DNA from: Candidatus Eiseniibacteriota bacterium
GTDB lineage: Bacteria > Eisenbacteria > RBG-16-71-46
DNA length: 16,531 bases
Reading direction: 5' to 3'
NCBI GenBank assembly: GCA_031366795.1
Contig: JANLOX010000056.1
Span: forward strand, 1 to 16,531
Shown here in pieces: positions 1 to 8,201 of the stretch. Numbering within the stretch: the stretch's first letter is position 1; every line of letters starts with the position of its first letter. The position numbers and the translations under genes are program-made. A model generated the notes under the pieces. The model saw nothing but the letters and a program-made list of their open reading frames with translations, did not search any database and had not been told where the DNA came from.

Positions 1-984
1 CACGATGTTGCTGTCGGGCGCGTTCACGGAGAATGTCCAGCCGGCGCCCGTGGCGCTTACGAACTTGAGCCCACGCGGCAGCGAATCCACCACGACTGTG
101 GGCCCAGGCGCAGGGATGACTCCCGTGTTCAATGCGGTCAACTGGTAGGAACCGTTCTTCCCGACGGTAAAATTGGGCGCGACGTGACTCTTCTGGATCG
201 ACAGCTCTGCGGTGCCGATCACGTTGACCAAGTCGGCATCCACGTTGTTGGCGAGATTCAGGTCTGCGCCACCAGTGAGCGTTACCGTGGCCCTGTTGGC
301 CGCCACAGGATATCCCGCCTGCAGCGTCGTCACGACCAGCGGGAATGACGCGCTGTCGCCGGGAGCGAGCGAGCCTGCGTACCTGGCCTGCACGATATTG
401 CGACCCGCCCCCAGCAGCGTGATCGTCCAGTTTGGGGCACCGGTTCCGGAAGCCTCCGCGAAAGCTGAGGTCAATGTGTCGAGCACCGTGATTTGCGTCG
501 CAGTGGGCAATGCGCCGACATTCGTGACCACGATGGTGAAGGTTTCCAACACCCCCATCTTGAAGTCGCGGTTATGCCGCTTGTCGATCGCGAGGTCGGG
601 GAATCCGCCCACCACCGTCAGGTCGCCATCGCGATCGTTGGTCGGGTTCAGGTCGCCGCTCGTGGTCGCGGTGGCGAAGTTCGTCACCGACGGCTGCGCC
701 GCGGCGAGCACGCCCACGGTGAGCGTGAACTTCGCGCTGTCGTTCACGGCGAGGGGATTCGCATACTGCGTCCTGACTTCGAGACCGCCCGGCGTGGCCT
801 GCGTCGTCGGCAGGTTCCAGCCCGTTCCCGCGCCGTCGATGAACGCGAGCCCGTTCGGCAGCGTATCGACCAGCGTGATCGCACCCACGGTCGCCGCCGT
901 GCCGAGGTTGGTGACGACGAAGTCGTAGCTGCCGTTCTGGCCGACGGTGAAGTTCGCGGTGTGGCGTTTATCGATCGCGATGTC
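1..984 (-). repeat. Three tandem DUF11-type protein repeats (third incomplete), period 129-130 aa
   Basis: Repeat-start codons at 984, 597 and 207 (spacing 387 and 390 nt). The two complete repeats end in D-L-N-x-x-N-(D/N)-x-D. Confidence 0.8.
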
Positions 985-1155
985 CTGCAGGCCGAGAACG
1001 CGGGCGTCGGACATCAGCACGCTGCCGCCGGGGCCGTCGCTGCCGGGATTCGCGCGCTGCTGCGCAAGCGCAGGCTGCGGCACGAACGCCGTAATCGCGA
1101 CCAACGCGAACAGCGCGGCGGCTTTCGCCACCACGCCACGGGCGCTGCGCGTCAT
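1..1155 (-). CDS. Secreted DUF11 (conserved repeat domain) Ig-like repeat surface protein, runs off the window's left edge
   Basis: Manual translation, absent from ORF track because there is no stop in the window: MTRSARGVVAKAAALFALVAITAFVPQPALA (signal peptide-like), then repeats DIAIDKRHTANFTVGQNGSYDFVVTNLG..ITLVDTLPNGLAFI / DLAIDKRH..FTIVVTNVG..ITVLDTLT / ELSIQKSH..YQLTALNTG..VVVDSLPRGLKFVSA, matching the DUF11 pattern. Alternative in-frame ATG at 1224. Confidence 0.85.
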   Translation of the reverse strand, partial: MTRSARGVVAKAAALFALVAITAFVPQPALAQQRANPGSDGPGGSVLMSDARVLGLQDIAIDKRHTANFTVGQNGSYDFVVTNLGTAATVGAITLVDTLPNGLAFIDGAGTGWNLPTTQATPGGLEVRTQYANPLAVNDSAKFTLTVGVLAAAQPSVTNFATATTSGDLNPTNDRDGDLTVVGGFPDLAIDKRHNRDFKMGVLETFTIVVTNVGALPTATQITVLDTLTSAFAEASGTGAPNWTITLLGAGRNIVQARYAGSLAPGDSASFPLVVTTLQAGYPVAANRATVTLTGGADLNLANNVDADLVNVIGTAELSIQKSHVAPNFTVGKNGSYQLTALNTGVIPAPGPTVVVDSLPRGLKFVSATGAGWTFSVNAPDSNIV

Positions 1156-1522
1156 GCGCGGCCGCCAGGCTTCCGGGTCATGCGTGCTGCTCTGACAACC
1201 GTCGGTCTTCAGACGGGTCTCCATCCTTGGATGAGCGGCGATCACATCTGCCCGCGTCGCAGGCAACATCCGACTCCTGCGGCACGCGCGAAAACTCGCA
1301 GAACATCTAGCATGGACGCGTGAGTGCCGCAATGAGCAAGGCACGTTATGCCGCTCTGGGCACGGTGTTACGCGATCGCGGCGCGCGAAAACCCGTGTCG
1401 CGTGGTACGCATTGCGCGGTGTGTCGAAATCCCCGGAAGCGTGATGCTCACTTCACGATACGCGCGCAATTATCAGCACGTGATCGCGTGTCGCGCCGCG
1501 TGGATTCGGCGCAACGTCAAAT

Positions 1523-2851
1523 TTACGCGCCCGGCTCGGAAGTTTCTGCGGCCGGATGCGGCGGCGCCTCACGCGCCGCGAGCACACGCAGGCGATGCGA
1601 CATCCACAGCGCTCCCGAGAGCAGCACGCACGCACTGAATGACGTGGCGACGGGCGCGCCAAAATGCTGCGCGATCGTGCCCGCGACGAGCGCCCCGATC
1701 GGCGCCATGCCGACGAACATCAGCGTGTACAGGCTCATCACGCGGCCGCGGAAGCGGTCCTCGGTGCTCATCTGCAGCATGGTGTTCGTGCTCGCGACGT
1801 AGAGAATCAGCCCGAATCCCGCGAGAAAACCCATCGCCAGCGACAACGGCAGCACGCGCGACCAGGCAAACACCGCGAGTGCCACGCCGGCGCACGACAG
1901 CCCGAGGAACAAATTGCGGCGCAGGTCGCGGCGCTCCATGCGGCGCGTCAGCACGCCGGCCGCGGTGAGCGACCCCACACCGAACGCCGAGACGAGCAGG
2001 CCGTACGATCCCGCGTTCGCGTGCAACAACTCACGCGTGTAGACGGGCAGCAACGTCATGTACTGGAAACCCAGCGAGGAAGTGCAGCCGAGCAGCACCA
2101 GCAGGTTGCGGATCGGCCCCGGCTTGAAGGCGTAGCGCACCCCTTCCTTCATGTGCTGCAGCGCGCTGTTCGGACTTTCGGCGACGCGTGGCGACGATTT
2201 GATCACCGACAATCCCACCAGCATCGCGATGTAGGATAAGGCGTTAATCCAGAAACACCCGGCCTCGCCAATGAGCGGTGTGTGGAACCAGCGCGCCACC
2301 CCCATGGCGATGATCCACGCCGGCATCGCCGCCACCAACAGGCCGGCGATTGCCGGTCCGATGACACGCGCCGTGTTGAATGCCGCCGAGTTGAGGGCGA
2401 TGGCGTTGGACAGGTCTTCCTTGCCCGCGAGCTCGATCAGGAACGACTGCCGCGCCGGCAGGTCGAAGGCGTTGAACACGCCATAGACGAGAGCCAGCGA
2501 GTAGATCATCCACGGCTGGACGACGCCTGCGCTGACGATGACCGCCATCACCACCGCCTGGATGAGCGCCATGCTCTGGGTGATGCGCAGTAATTTGCGC
2601 TTATCGACGCGGTCCGCCAGCACTCCTGCCCACACCGAGAGCAGCAGCACCGGCAGGAATTGTAGGAAGTTGAGGTAGCCCAGCGCCATCGGCGCCGGAT
2701 CGAGCCGGTGCAGCAGCCAGGCCTGGGCGACACTCTGCATCCACGTGCCCACGAGCGAGGTGAGCTGGCAGGTGAAGTAGATCCTGAAATTGCGGTGGCG
2801 GAGTGCTGCAAATCGTGGTGCTAGGCGCTCACGCAGAGTGCTTGCTGGCAT
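1523..2851 (-). CDS. MFS transporter (MFS_3 / EntS-MefA-like exporter group)
   Basis: 442 aa, about 12 hydrophobic segments. N-terminal FAALRHRNFRIYF..QLTSLVGTWMQ, motif A GVLADRVDKRKLL, AFDLPARQSF, NAIALNS..FN.ARVIGPAIAG, RGRVMS. Confidence 0.92.
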   Translation of the reverse strand: MPASTLRERLAPRFAALRHRNFRIYFTCQLTSLVGTWMQSVAQAWLLHRLDPAPMALGYLNFLQFLPVLLLSVWAGVLADRVDKRKLLRITQSMALIQAVVMAVIVSAGVVQPWMIYSLALVYGVFNAFDLPARQSFLIELAGKEDLSNAIALNSAAFNTARVIGPAIAGLLVAAMPAWIIAMGVARWFHTPLIGEAGCFWINALSYIAMLVGLSVIKSSPRVAESPNSALQHMKEGVRYAFKPGPIRNLLVLLGCTSSLGFQYMTLLPVYTRELLHANAGSYGLLVSAFGVGSLTAAGVLTRRMERRDLRRNLFLGLSCAGVALAVFAWSRVLPLSLAMGFLAGFGLILYVASTNTMLQMSTEDRFRGRVMSLYTLMFVGMAPIGALVAGTIAQHFGAPVATSFSACVLLSGALWMSHRLRVLAAREAPPHPAAETSEPGA

Positions 2852-2864
2852 CAGGCGGACGCTA

Positions 2865-3815
2865 TCACAGCGGTCCCGCTGGCTTCGGCGCGCGGTCGAT
2901 CCAGTTCGTGACTGTCGCCACGAACCAATGCGGGTTGGTGAGCGGGTGCAGGTGGCTGACTTTCGGCGACTCCTCGAGGACAGCGCCGGGGATCAGGCGC
3001 GCGAGCTCCTCGGCGGCCGGGCGCGAGAAAACGCTCTCGCGCTCCCCGACCAGCACTAATGTCGGCACGCGTATGTCGCGCACACTCGCGGTGGTGTCGT
3101 GCGCCATCACCAAGCTTACCGCGGTGCGCGCCATGGCTGCCGTGGTGTGGCGCATGCAATGTCTGATGAAGTCGAGCAGACGGTCGTCACAGCCCGCGTC
3201 GTAGACCCAGCGGCCATGGCGCGCGAGCGTGCGGGCGATCCCGCGCGCCGGGTCCGCGGGCAGCAAGCGCTGGCTCGCGATGACCAGCGGCTGCTCGATG
3301 AAGCGCGCGTAAACATTGCCCGCCGGATTGCGCACGCGCGCGAAGCCGCTCGACAGCACCAGCGCGCGCACTCGTTCGGGATGCCGGAGCGCCCACCGCT
3401 GCGCGATGGCGGCGCCCATGGAGTGACCGATCACGATCGCGGGACCGGGCGCGAGGGCGTCGAGCAGGCGCTCGAGATCCGCGAGCAACACGTCCCATGA
3501 TGGCGCGCCCTTGAAACGGCAGCGCTGGTCGAAGGTCACGACGCGATAAGAACGTTTGAGCCGGGCTGCCACCGCGAGCCACGACTCCTTGTAACCGGGG
3601 AGCGGCGGCAGCAGCACGACCGTCGGCCCCTCGCCCATCACCACCGCTTCGGTCGCGCCATCGCCCAAGTCGAAACGCTGCGGGTCCCAGCCCTCGAGCC
3701 ACGCCGGTTCCACGAGCGCGCGCCAGCCCTTGTCGAGCGTGGCGCCGATGTCGGGAAGCGGGTGCGTGTCTCGGTCTGTGTTGCCGGTGTTCATGGTGGA
3801 GTCGTGTGGGCTCAT
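2865..3815 (-). CDS. Alpha/beta fold hydrolase
   Basis: Nucleophile elbow GHSMG, YRVVTFDQR, PERVRALVL, IRVPTLVLVGERE, C-terminal His in VSHLHP. Ends 13 nt upstream of the MFS start, so probably co-transcribed. Start could also be the ATG at 3794. Confidence 0.9.
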   Translation of the reverse strand: MSPHDSTMNTGNTDRDTHPLPDIGATLDKGWRALVEPAWLEGWDPQRFDLGDGATEAVVMGEGPTVVLLPPLPGYKESWLAVAARLKRSYRVVTFDQRCRFKGAPSWDVLLADLERLLDALAPGPAIVIGHSMGAAIAQRWALRHPERVRALVLSSGFARVRNPAGNVYARFIEQPLVIASQRLLPADPARGIARTLARHGRWVYDAGCDDRLLDFIRHCMRHTTAAMARTAVSLVMAHDTTASVRDIRVPTLVLVGERESVFSRPAAEELARLIPGAVLEESPKVSHLHPLTNPHWFVATVTNWIDRAPKPAGPL

Positions 3816-3890
3816 CAGGTCGCGCTACTCCCCTCGTGCAAGGTATTCACTACCCCGTCGAGTATATTGGATGCGTCCATGGAGGACTGA

Positions 3891-5219
3891 ATGATGGCGC
3901 AGGGACCCGCGATCCGCTTTCCCGAACGGTTCATGTGGGGAGCGGCCACCTCCGCGCACCAGGTCGAGGGCGGCAACACCCACAACGACTGGTGGCGCTG
4001 GGAACATCGCTCGCCGGGCATTGATCCGAGCCTGCACAGCGGCGAAGCCTGCCGGCATTACCAACGCTTCGATGCCGACTTCGCCCTCGCCGAGGCGGAT
4101 GGCCACAACGCGCACCGCCTGTCGATCGAGTGGAGCCGGATCGAGCCCGCACGCGGGCGGATCGACGCAGGCACGGTGGCGCACTACCACGAGGTGTTCG
4201 CCTCGCTGAAGCGCCACGGGCTGACGCCCGTCGTGACGCTGCTGCACTTCACCCTGCCCACATGGGTCGCCGACCGCGGCGGCTGGACCTCGCGAGAGAC
4301 CATCGATGACTTCGCCACGTTTGTGCGTTTCTGCGCGCGTGAGTACGGCGGCGAGATCGATTGGTGGTGCACCATCAACGAGCCCGAGGTGCTGGCTTTC
4401 CGCGCCTACTCTGAAGGCGTGTGGCCACCGTGTGTGCGCGACGATTCGATGGCGCTGACGGTGATCGCGAACCAGCTCGAGGCGCACGGCCGTGCCTACC
4501 GCATCCTCCATGAGGAAGACCGCATCGATGCCGATGGCGACGGGCAGCCTGCGCGTGTGGGCTTCGCCAAGCACCTCGTGCAGCTCGTGCCGCGCCGCGC
4601 GTGGTCACCACTCGACCGCCTGCGCGCGTGGGTCGAGGATCGCGTGTTCAATGAGGCGGTGATCCAGGCGTGTGTCACGGGCCGCATCGATCTGTCGATT
4701 CCTGGCGCGCGCGCGGTGAAGCGCGACGTGCCGGAACTCAAGCGCAGTCTCGATTGGTTTGGGCTCAATTACTATACGCGCTGGAGTGTCGACGCCCACG
4801 GCAAGGTGCCGCACGTCGCGCGCGAGGGCGCGCTGCTCAATGATCTCGGCTGGGAAGTGTGGCCCCAGGGCCTGGCGGCCGCGGCACAACGCGTGGCCGC
4901 CGTGGGCGTGCCGGTGCTGGTGACGGAACATGGCTTCGCGGATGCCGCCGACAAAATTCGACCGCGCGCGTTGGTCGAGTCACTCATGGAACTGGGCCGC
5001 GCGATCGAAGCCGGCGCGCCGGTGATCGGCTACCTGCACTGGTCGCTGCTCGACAACTTCGAGTGGGAAGAAGGCTGGCGCGGGCGCTTCGGGCTGTATC
5101 GCGTGGACGCGTTGCACGATCCCACGGGGCGCGATCGCACGAACAGCGCGGAAGTGTTCTCGCGGATCGCGCGGGCGAACGCGGTGAGCGCGGAGATGAC
5201 CGGCGTCGCCAAGACTTGA
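3891..5219 (+). CDS. Glycoside hydrolase family 1 (beta-glucosidase-like), no signal peptide
   Basis: FPERFMWGAATSAHQVEGG, RLSIEWSRIEP, TLLHFTLP, acid/base TINEP, GLNYY, nucleophile VTEHG, WSLLDNFEW..G...RFGL. SD GGAGG at 3881-3885. Confidence 0.95.
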   Translation: MMAQGPAIRFPERFMWGAATSAHQVEGGNTHNDWWRWEHRSPGIDPSLHSGEACRHYQRFDADFALAEADGHNAHRLSIEWSRIEPARGRIDAGTVAHYHEVFASLKRHGLTPVVTLLHFTLPTWVADRGGWTSRETIDDFATFVRFCAREYGGEIDWWCTINEPEVLAFRAYSEGVWPPCVRDDSMALTVIANQLEAHGRAYRILHEEDRIDADGDGQPARVGFAKHLVQLVPRRAWSPLDRLRAWVEDRVFNEAVIQACVTGRIDLSIPGARAVKRDVPELKRSLDWFGLNYYTRWSVDAHGKVPHVAREGALLNDLGWEVWPQGLAAAAQRVAAVGVPVLVTEHGFADAADKIRPRALVESLMELGRAIEAGAPVIGYLHWSLLDNFEWEEGWRGRFGLYRVDALHDPTGRDRTNSAEVFSRIARANAVSAEMTGVAKT

Positions 5220-5222
5220 GCA

Positions 5223-6776
5223 CTACCCCTCGCGCAACGCCTCGAGAAACGCTTCGCCGTAGCGCTCGAGCTTCGCGGGACCCACGCCCGAGACAGCCAG
5301 CATCTCAGAGCGGCTGGTCGGCACGCGCTCGGTCATCTGGCGCAGCACCGCATCGCTGAACACGATGTAGGCGGGCACGCCCTCCGCATCGGCCAGCCGC
5401 TTGCGCAGCGCGCGCAGGCGCTCGAACAGCTCGGGATTCGTGATCTCGGCGGCGGCACTCGCGGAACGCGACTTCACTCCCGCGACGACTGGCTCGTGCT
5501 TGATGAGATCGTCGATGGTGATACCGCGGCAGCGGTCGCAAGACTCACCGCACGGCTCGAGCGTCTCCTCGAAATAGGCGACGAGCGCCTGGTGACGGCA
5601 GCATGCGCGATCCGCAAGGCGGAACATCTCGACCGTCTTCTTGCGCGTTTCTTCACGCACCTCGGCGTCTTCAACCGAATTGAGGAACGAGTCGTAGCCG
5701 ATGACATCCGCCCACGAGTAGAACAGCACGCAGTCGCTGTTGAGCCCGTCACGGCCGGCGCGACCGATCTCCTGGTACCACGCCTCGACGCTCTTGGGCA
5801 TGTCGCGATGGATGACGAAGCGCACATTGCTCTTGTCGATGCCCATGCCGAAGGCGACGGTGGCGACCACGACATCGACTTCGTCGCGCGCGAAGGCGTC
5901 CTGGTTGCGCGTGCGCTCGGTCTCGCTCAGGCCCGCGTGATAGGGCACGGCGCGCACACCCTGCGAAACGAGCCACGCGGACAGTCCCTCGACCGCCTTG
6001 CGGCTCATGCAGTAGATGATGCCGTTGTTGCCGCGATGGCGGCGCACGATCCCGAGAATGTCGCGGCGCGTGTTGCGCTTCGAGGTGCCCTCGCCGCCCT
6101 TGCGGTGCACGGTGATGTGCAGGTTCGGCCGGTAGAACGAGCCCTTGAAGCCGTCGGGCTTCTGCATGCCGAGCTGGCGGATGATGTCGCCGCTGACCCG
6201 CCGCGTCGCGGTCGCCGTCAGCGCCAGCACCGGAATCTCGCCCAGCTCCGATTTCAGGTTCTGCAGCTTGCGGTACGCTGGCCTGAAATCGTGACCCCAT
6301 TGGCTGATGCAGTGCGCTTCGTCCACCACCACGAGGCTCACCTGACACTCGGCGATGATGGAACGCAAGGACCCCTCAAGCCCTTCGGGCGACACATACA
6401 CCAGCTCAATCTCGCCGCGACGCAACTGGCCGAGCCGGCGGCGGCGTTCCTCGAAGTCGATGGTCGAGTTGAGCACCGTGGCGCGGAAGCCCAACCGCAG
6501 CAGCGCATCGACCTGGTCCTTCATCAACGAGATCAGCGGCGAGATCACCAGCACCGCGCCCGGCAATAACTTCGCCGGCAGCTGGAAGGTGAGCGATTTG
6601 CCTGCACCCGTGGGCATGACGCCGATGCAATCGCGCCCGGCGAGCACGGCATCGATGATGCGCCGCTGCCCGGGCCGGAAGTCGCGATAGCCGAACACCG
6701 TCTCCAACACCGCTTGCGGATCCGTGAAGGTCGCGGTGTGGAACAGCGGGGCGTCAGGGGTGACGGGGTCGGACAA
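5223..6776 (-). CDS. recQ: RecQ-family ATP-dependent DNA helicase (helicase core + Zn site + HRDC, no winged helix)
   Basis: FGYRDFRPGQ, MPTGAGKS, SPLISLMKDQV, DEAHCISQWGHDFRP, LTATA, ATVAFGMGIDK, QEIGRAGRDG, Zn site CR..CGESCDRC, HRDC LFERLRALRKRLA..VPAYIVFSD..GVGPAKLERYG. TTG start preceded by GGAGGG. Confidence 0.95.
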   Translation of the reverse strand: MSDPVTPDAPLFHTATFTDPQAVLETVFGYRDFRPGQRRIIDAVLAGRDCIGVMPTGAGKSLTFQLPAKLLPGAVLVISPLISLMKDQVDALLRLGFRATVLNSTIDFEERRRRLGQLRRGEIELVYVSPEGLEGSLRSIIAECQVSLVVVDEAHCISQWGHDFRPAYRKLQNLKSELGEIPVLALTATATRRVSGDIIRQLGMQKPDGFKGSFYRPNLHITVHRKGGEGTSKRNTRRDILGIVRRHRGNNGIIYCMSRKAVEGLSAWLVSQGVRAVPYHAGLSETERTRNQDAFARDEVDVVVATVAFGMGIDKSNVRFVIHRDMPKSVEAWYQEIGRAGRDGLNSDCVLFYSWADVIGYDSFLNSVEDAEVREETRKKTVEMFRLADRACCRHQALVAYFEETLEPCGESCDRCRGITIDDLIKHEPVVAGVKSRSASAAAEITNPELFERLRALRKRLADAEGVPAYIVFSDAVLRQMTERVPTSRSEMLAVSGVGPAKLERYGEAFLEALREG

Positions 6777-7030
6777 AGTCCCTCCATGGACGGGAGCGGT
6801 GCGGGTTGGCGAAGCGGGGCAGCGTGGGGCAGGGGGAATCTAGCGCATGGGACCGGATCGCGCATGGACACGTAGGGAGCCGCGGCGGCCAGTGCTGGCA
6901 CGGGCAGGGTCAGTGGCGCGCTCGGGGAGAAACACTTGCGGCTCGCGCCGTCCCTAACGCCGGGCCAACTGCGTCTGGCCACATTCCGGCCTCATCTCGC
7001 ATGCCAGCCCAGCGTCGACGGAAATTCCGA

Positions 7031-7720
7031 TCAGAGCGCTGGCTGATCTCCCGCGCATCGCTTGCGGATTACCGCGGTCGCCGCCAGGCCCAACAACAGG
7101 AACAACGCCACGCCGGTTACCGGATGCAGGAACGGAACGGAGCGCGACTCCGTCGGGCCTTCCAATGAGACATCATCCACCGCCAGGTCATTACCCGTCG
7201 GCGCGCCCGTCCGCACGTCTTCGATCCGCAGCAGCACCGTCGTTCCGGCCCCGTTGTTATAGGTGGCTGTGAAGTGTTGCCAGGTTCCGGCAGACGCACT
7301 CACCGCCATGTCCGGCCCCAAAGCGACGCCGTTGGCGCTGAATCTCACGATCGGGGGAAATGGACCAATCGCTGCCGTCACCCACACCGAAAACGTGTAT
7401 GTGCCGCCGGCGGCCACGGGTACGGACTGGGTCCAGAGGGCAATTCCCGGGGTACCATCACCCAGCAACATTTTACCGCTTGCCGTCGTGTGATCCTTGA
7501 AACTCTGGTACCCGTTTGCGAGATCGATGGACGGGTCAGTCACGATGGCGAATTGCCCCGGATTCGTGCTGCTCCCATTGGGCACGAAGCTGTACGCCGA
7601 CGTGAACCCCAGATTGCCCGCGGAAAAATTTCCGTTCACTACTTGTTCGTCCGCAAACGCGCAGATCGGGGAGACTAGTAACAATAGCCCGATGACAGCC
7701 ACAACTCGGGTTCGCATCAT
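7031..7720 (-). CDS. Secreted 229-aa protein: CBM4/9-like jelly-roll domain plus IPTL-CTERM-like C-terminal membrane anchor
   Basis: Start re-assigned to ATG 7720 (AAGGAG 9 nt upstream). Signal peptide MMRTRVVAVIGLLLLVSPICAFA. VVNGNFSAG..WTQSVPV..YTFSVWV..WQHFTATY..LAVDDVSL pattern. Tail VPFLHP + hydrophobic helix + RKR. Confidence 0.75.
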   Translation of the reverse strand: MMRTRVVAVIGLLLLVSPICAFADEQVVNGNFSAGNLGFTSAYSFVPNGSSTNPGQFAIVTDPSIDLANGYQSFKDHTTASGKMLLGDGTPGIALWTQSVPVAAGGTYTFSVWVTAAIGPFPPIVRFSANGVALGPDMAVSASAGTWQHFTATYNNGAGTTVLLRIEDVRTGAPTGNDLAVDDVSLEGPTESRSVPFLHPVTGVALFLLLGLAATAVIRKRCAGDQPAL

Positions 7721-7827
7721 GCTGAGGTTCTCCTTGTGCAGCCGAGAGGAAAGCGCGGCGACCCTGATACTCGCAACTCCCACACTGAAGAACCGGCAAT
7801 CAAGACTACTGACGAACGACGACGCTC

Positions 7828-7882
7828 TTGATACACAATCCGGCAATGCACATTATAATAGCGCAGATTGGCGCTGGAGCAA
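7828..7882. promoter_or_regulatory. Candidate bidirectional sigma70-type promoter between the divergent secreted-protein and permease genes
   Basis: Palindrome ATTATAAT at 7852-7859 gives TATAAT on both strands in a locally AT-rich patch. Minus strand has TTGCTC-16nt-TATTAT; plus strand has TTGATA at 7828-7833 with non-ideal spacing. Confidence 0.4.
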
Positions 7883-8201
7883 GCAATGTCGGACATGACG
7901 CGAGAGAAGCAATTCGTAATGGTTGATGTTTCCGGCCGCATGCAACCATGTTTTGCCGCGTGCCTTCGTCAATGCGGTGCGATTTCGCTGCAATTGCGCG
8001 GTGTCGCGGCCGTGGCGAGGCGTCGATCGCGGATTCAGGACGGCGGGCGGGGCACGATCCAGTGCACCAGCGCGCATGGAGCGATCACCCATCCCACGGC
8101 GATTGGTTCCCGGCGCTCAATCGGGCTACCCTCCCGCGCATGAGCAAACCTGCCATTCGGTCCCATGCGCACTGTGACCCAAATCAGGCGGCCACTCCCT
8201 G

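Noticed and set aside
212..1323. Plus-strand ORFs 212..928, 493..1323 and 947..1195
   Set aside because: Antisense shadows of the minus-strand DUF11 gene, with no motifs of their own.
1330..1375. Sigma54-like GGCAC/GGCAT motifs here and near 6895 and 8050
   Set aside because: None has the required GG-N10-GC spacing.
6871..6960. Possible integron attC site near the small lower-GC gene (CCCTAAC with partial dyad); also GTTAGAG at 10540
   Set aside because: Neither fits RYYYAAC/GTTRRRY as a paired set, and there is no integrase or cassette array.
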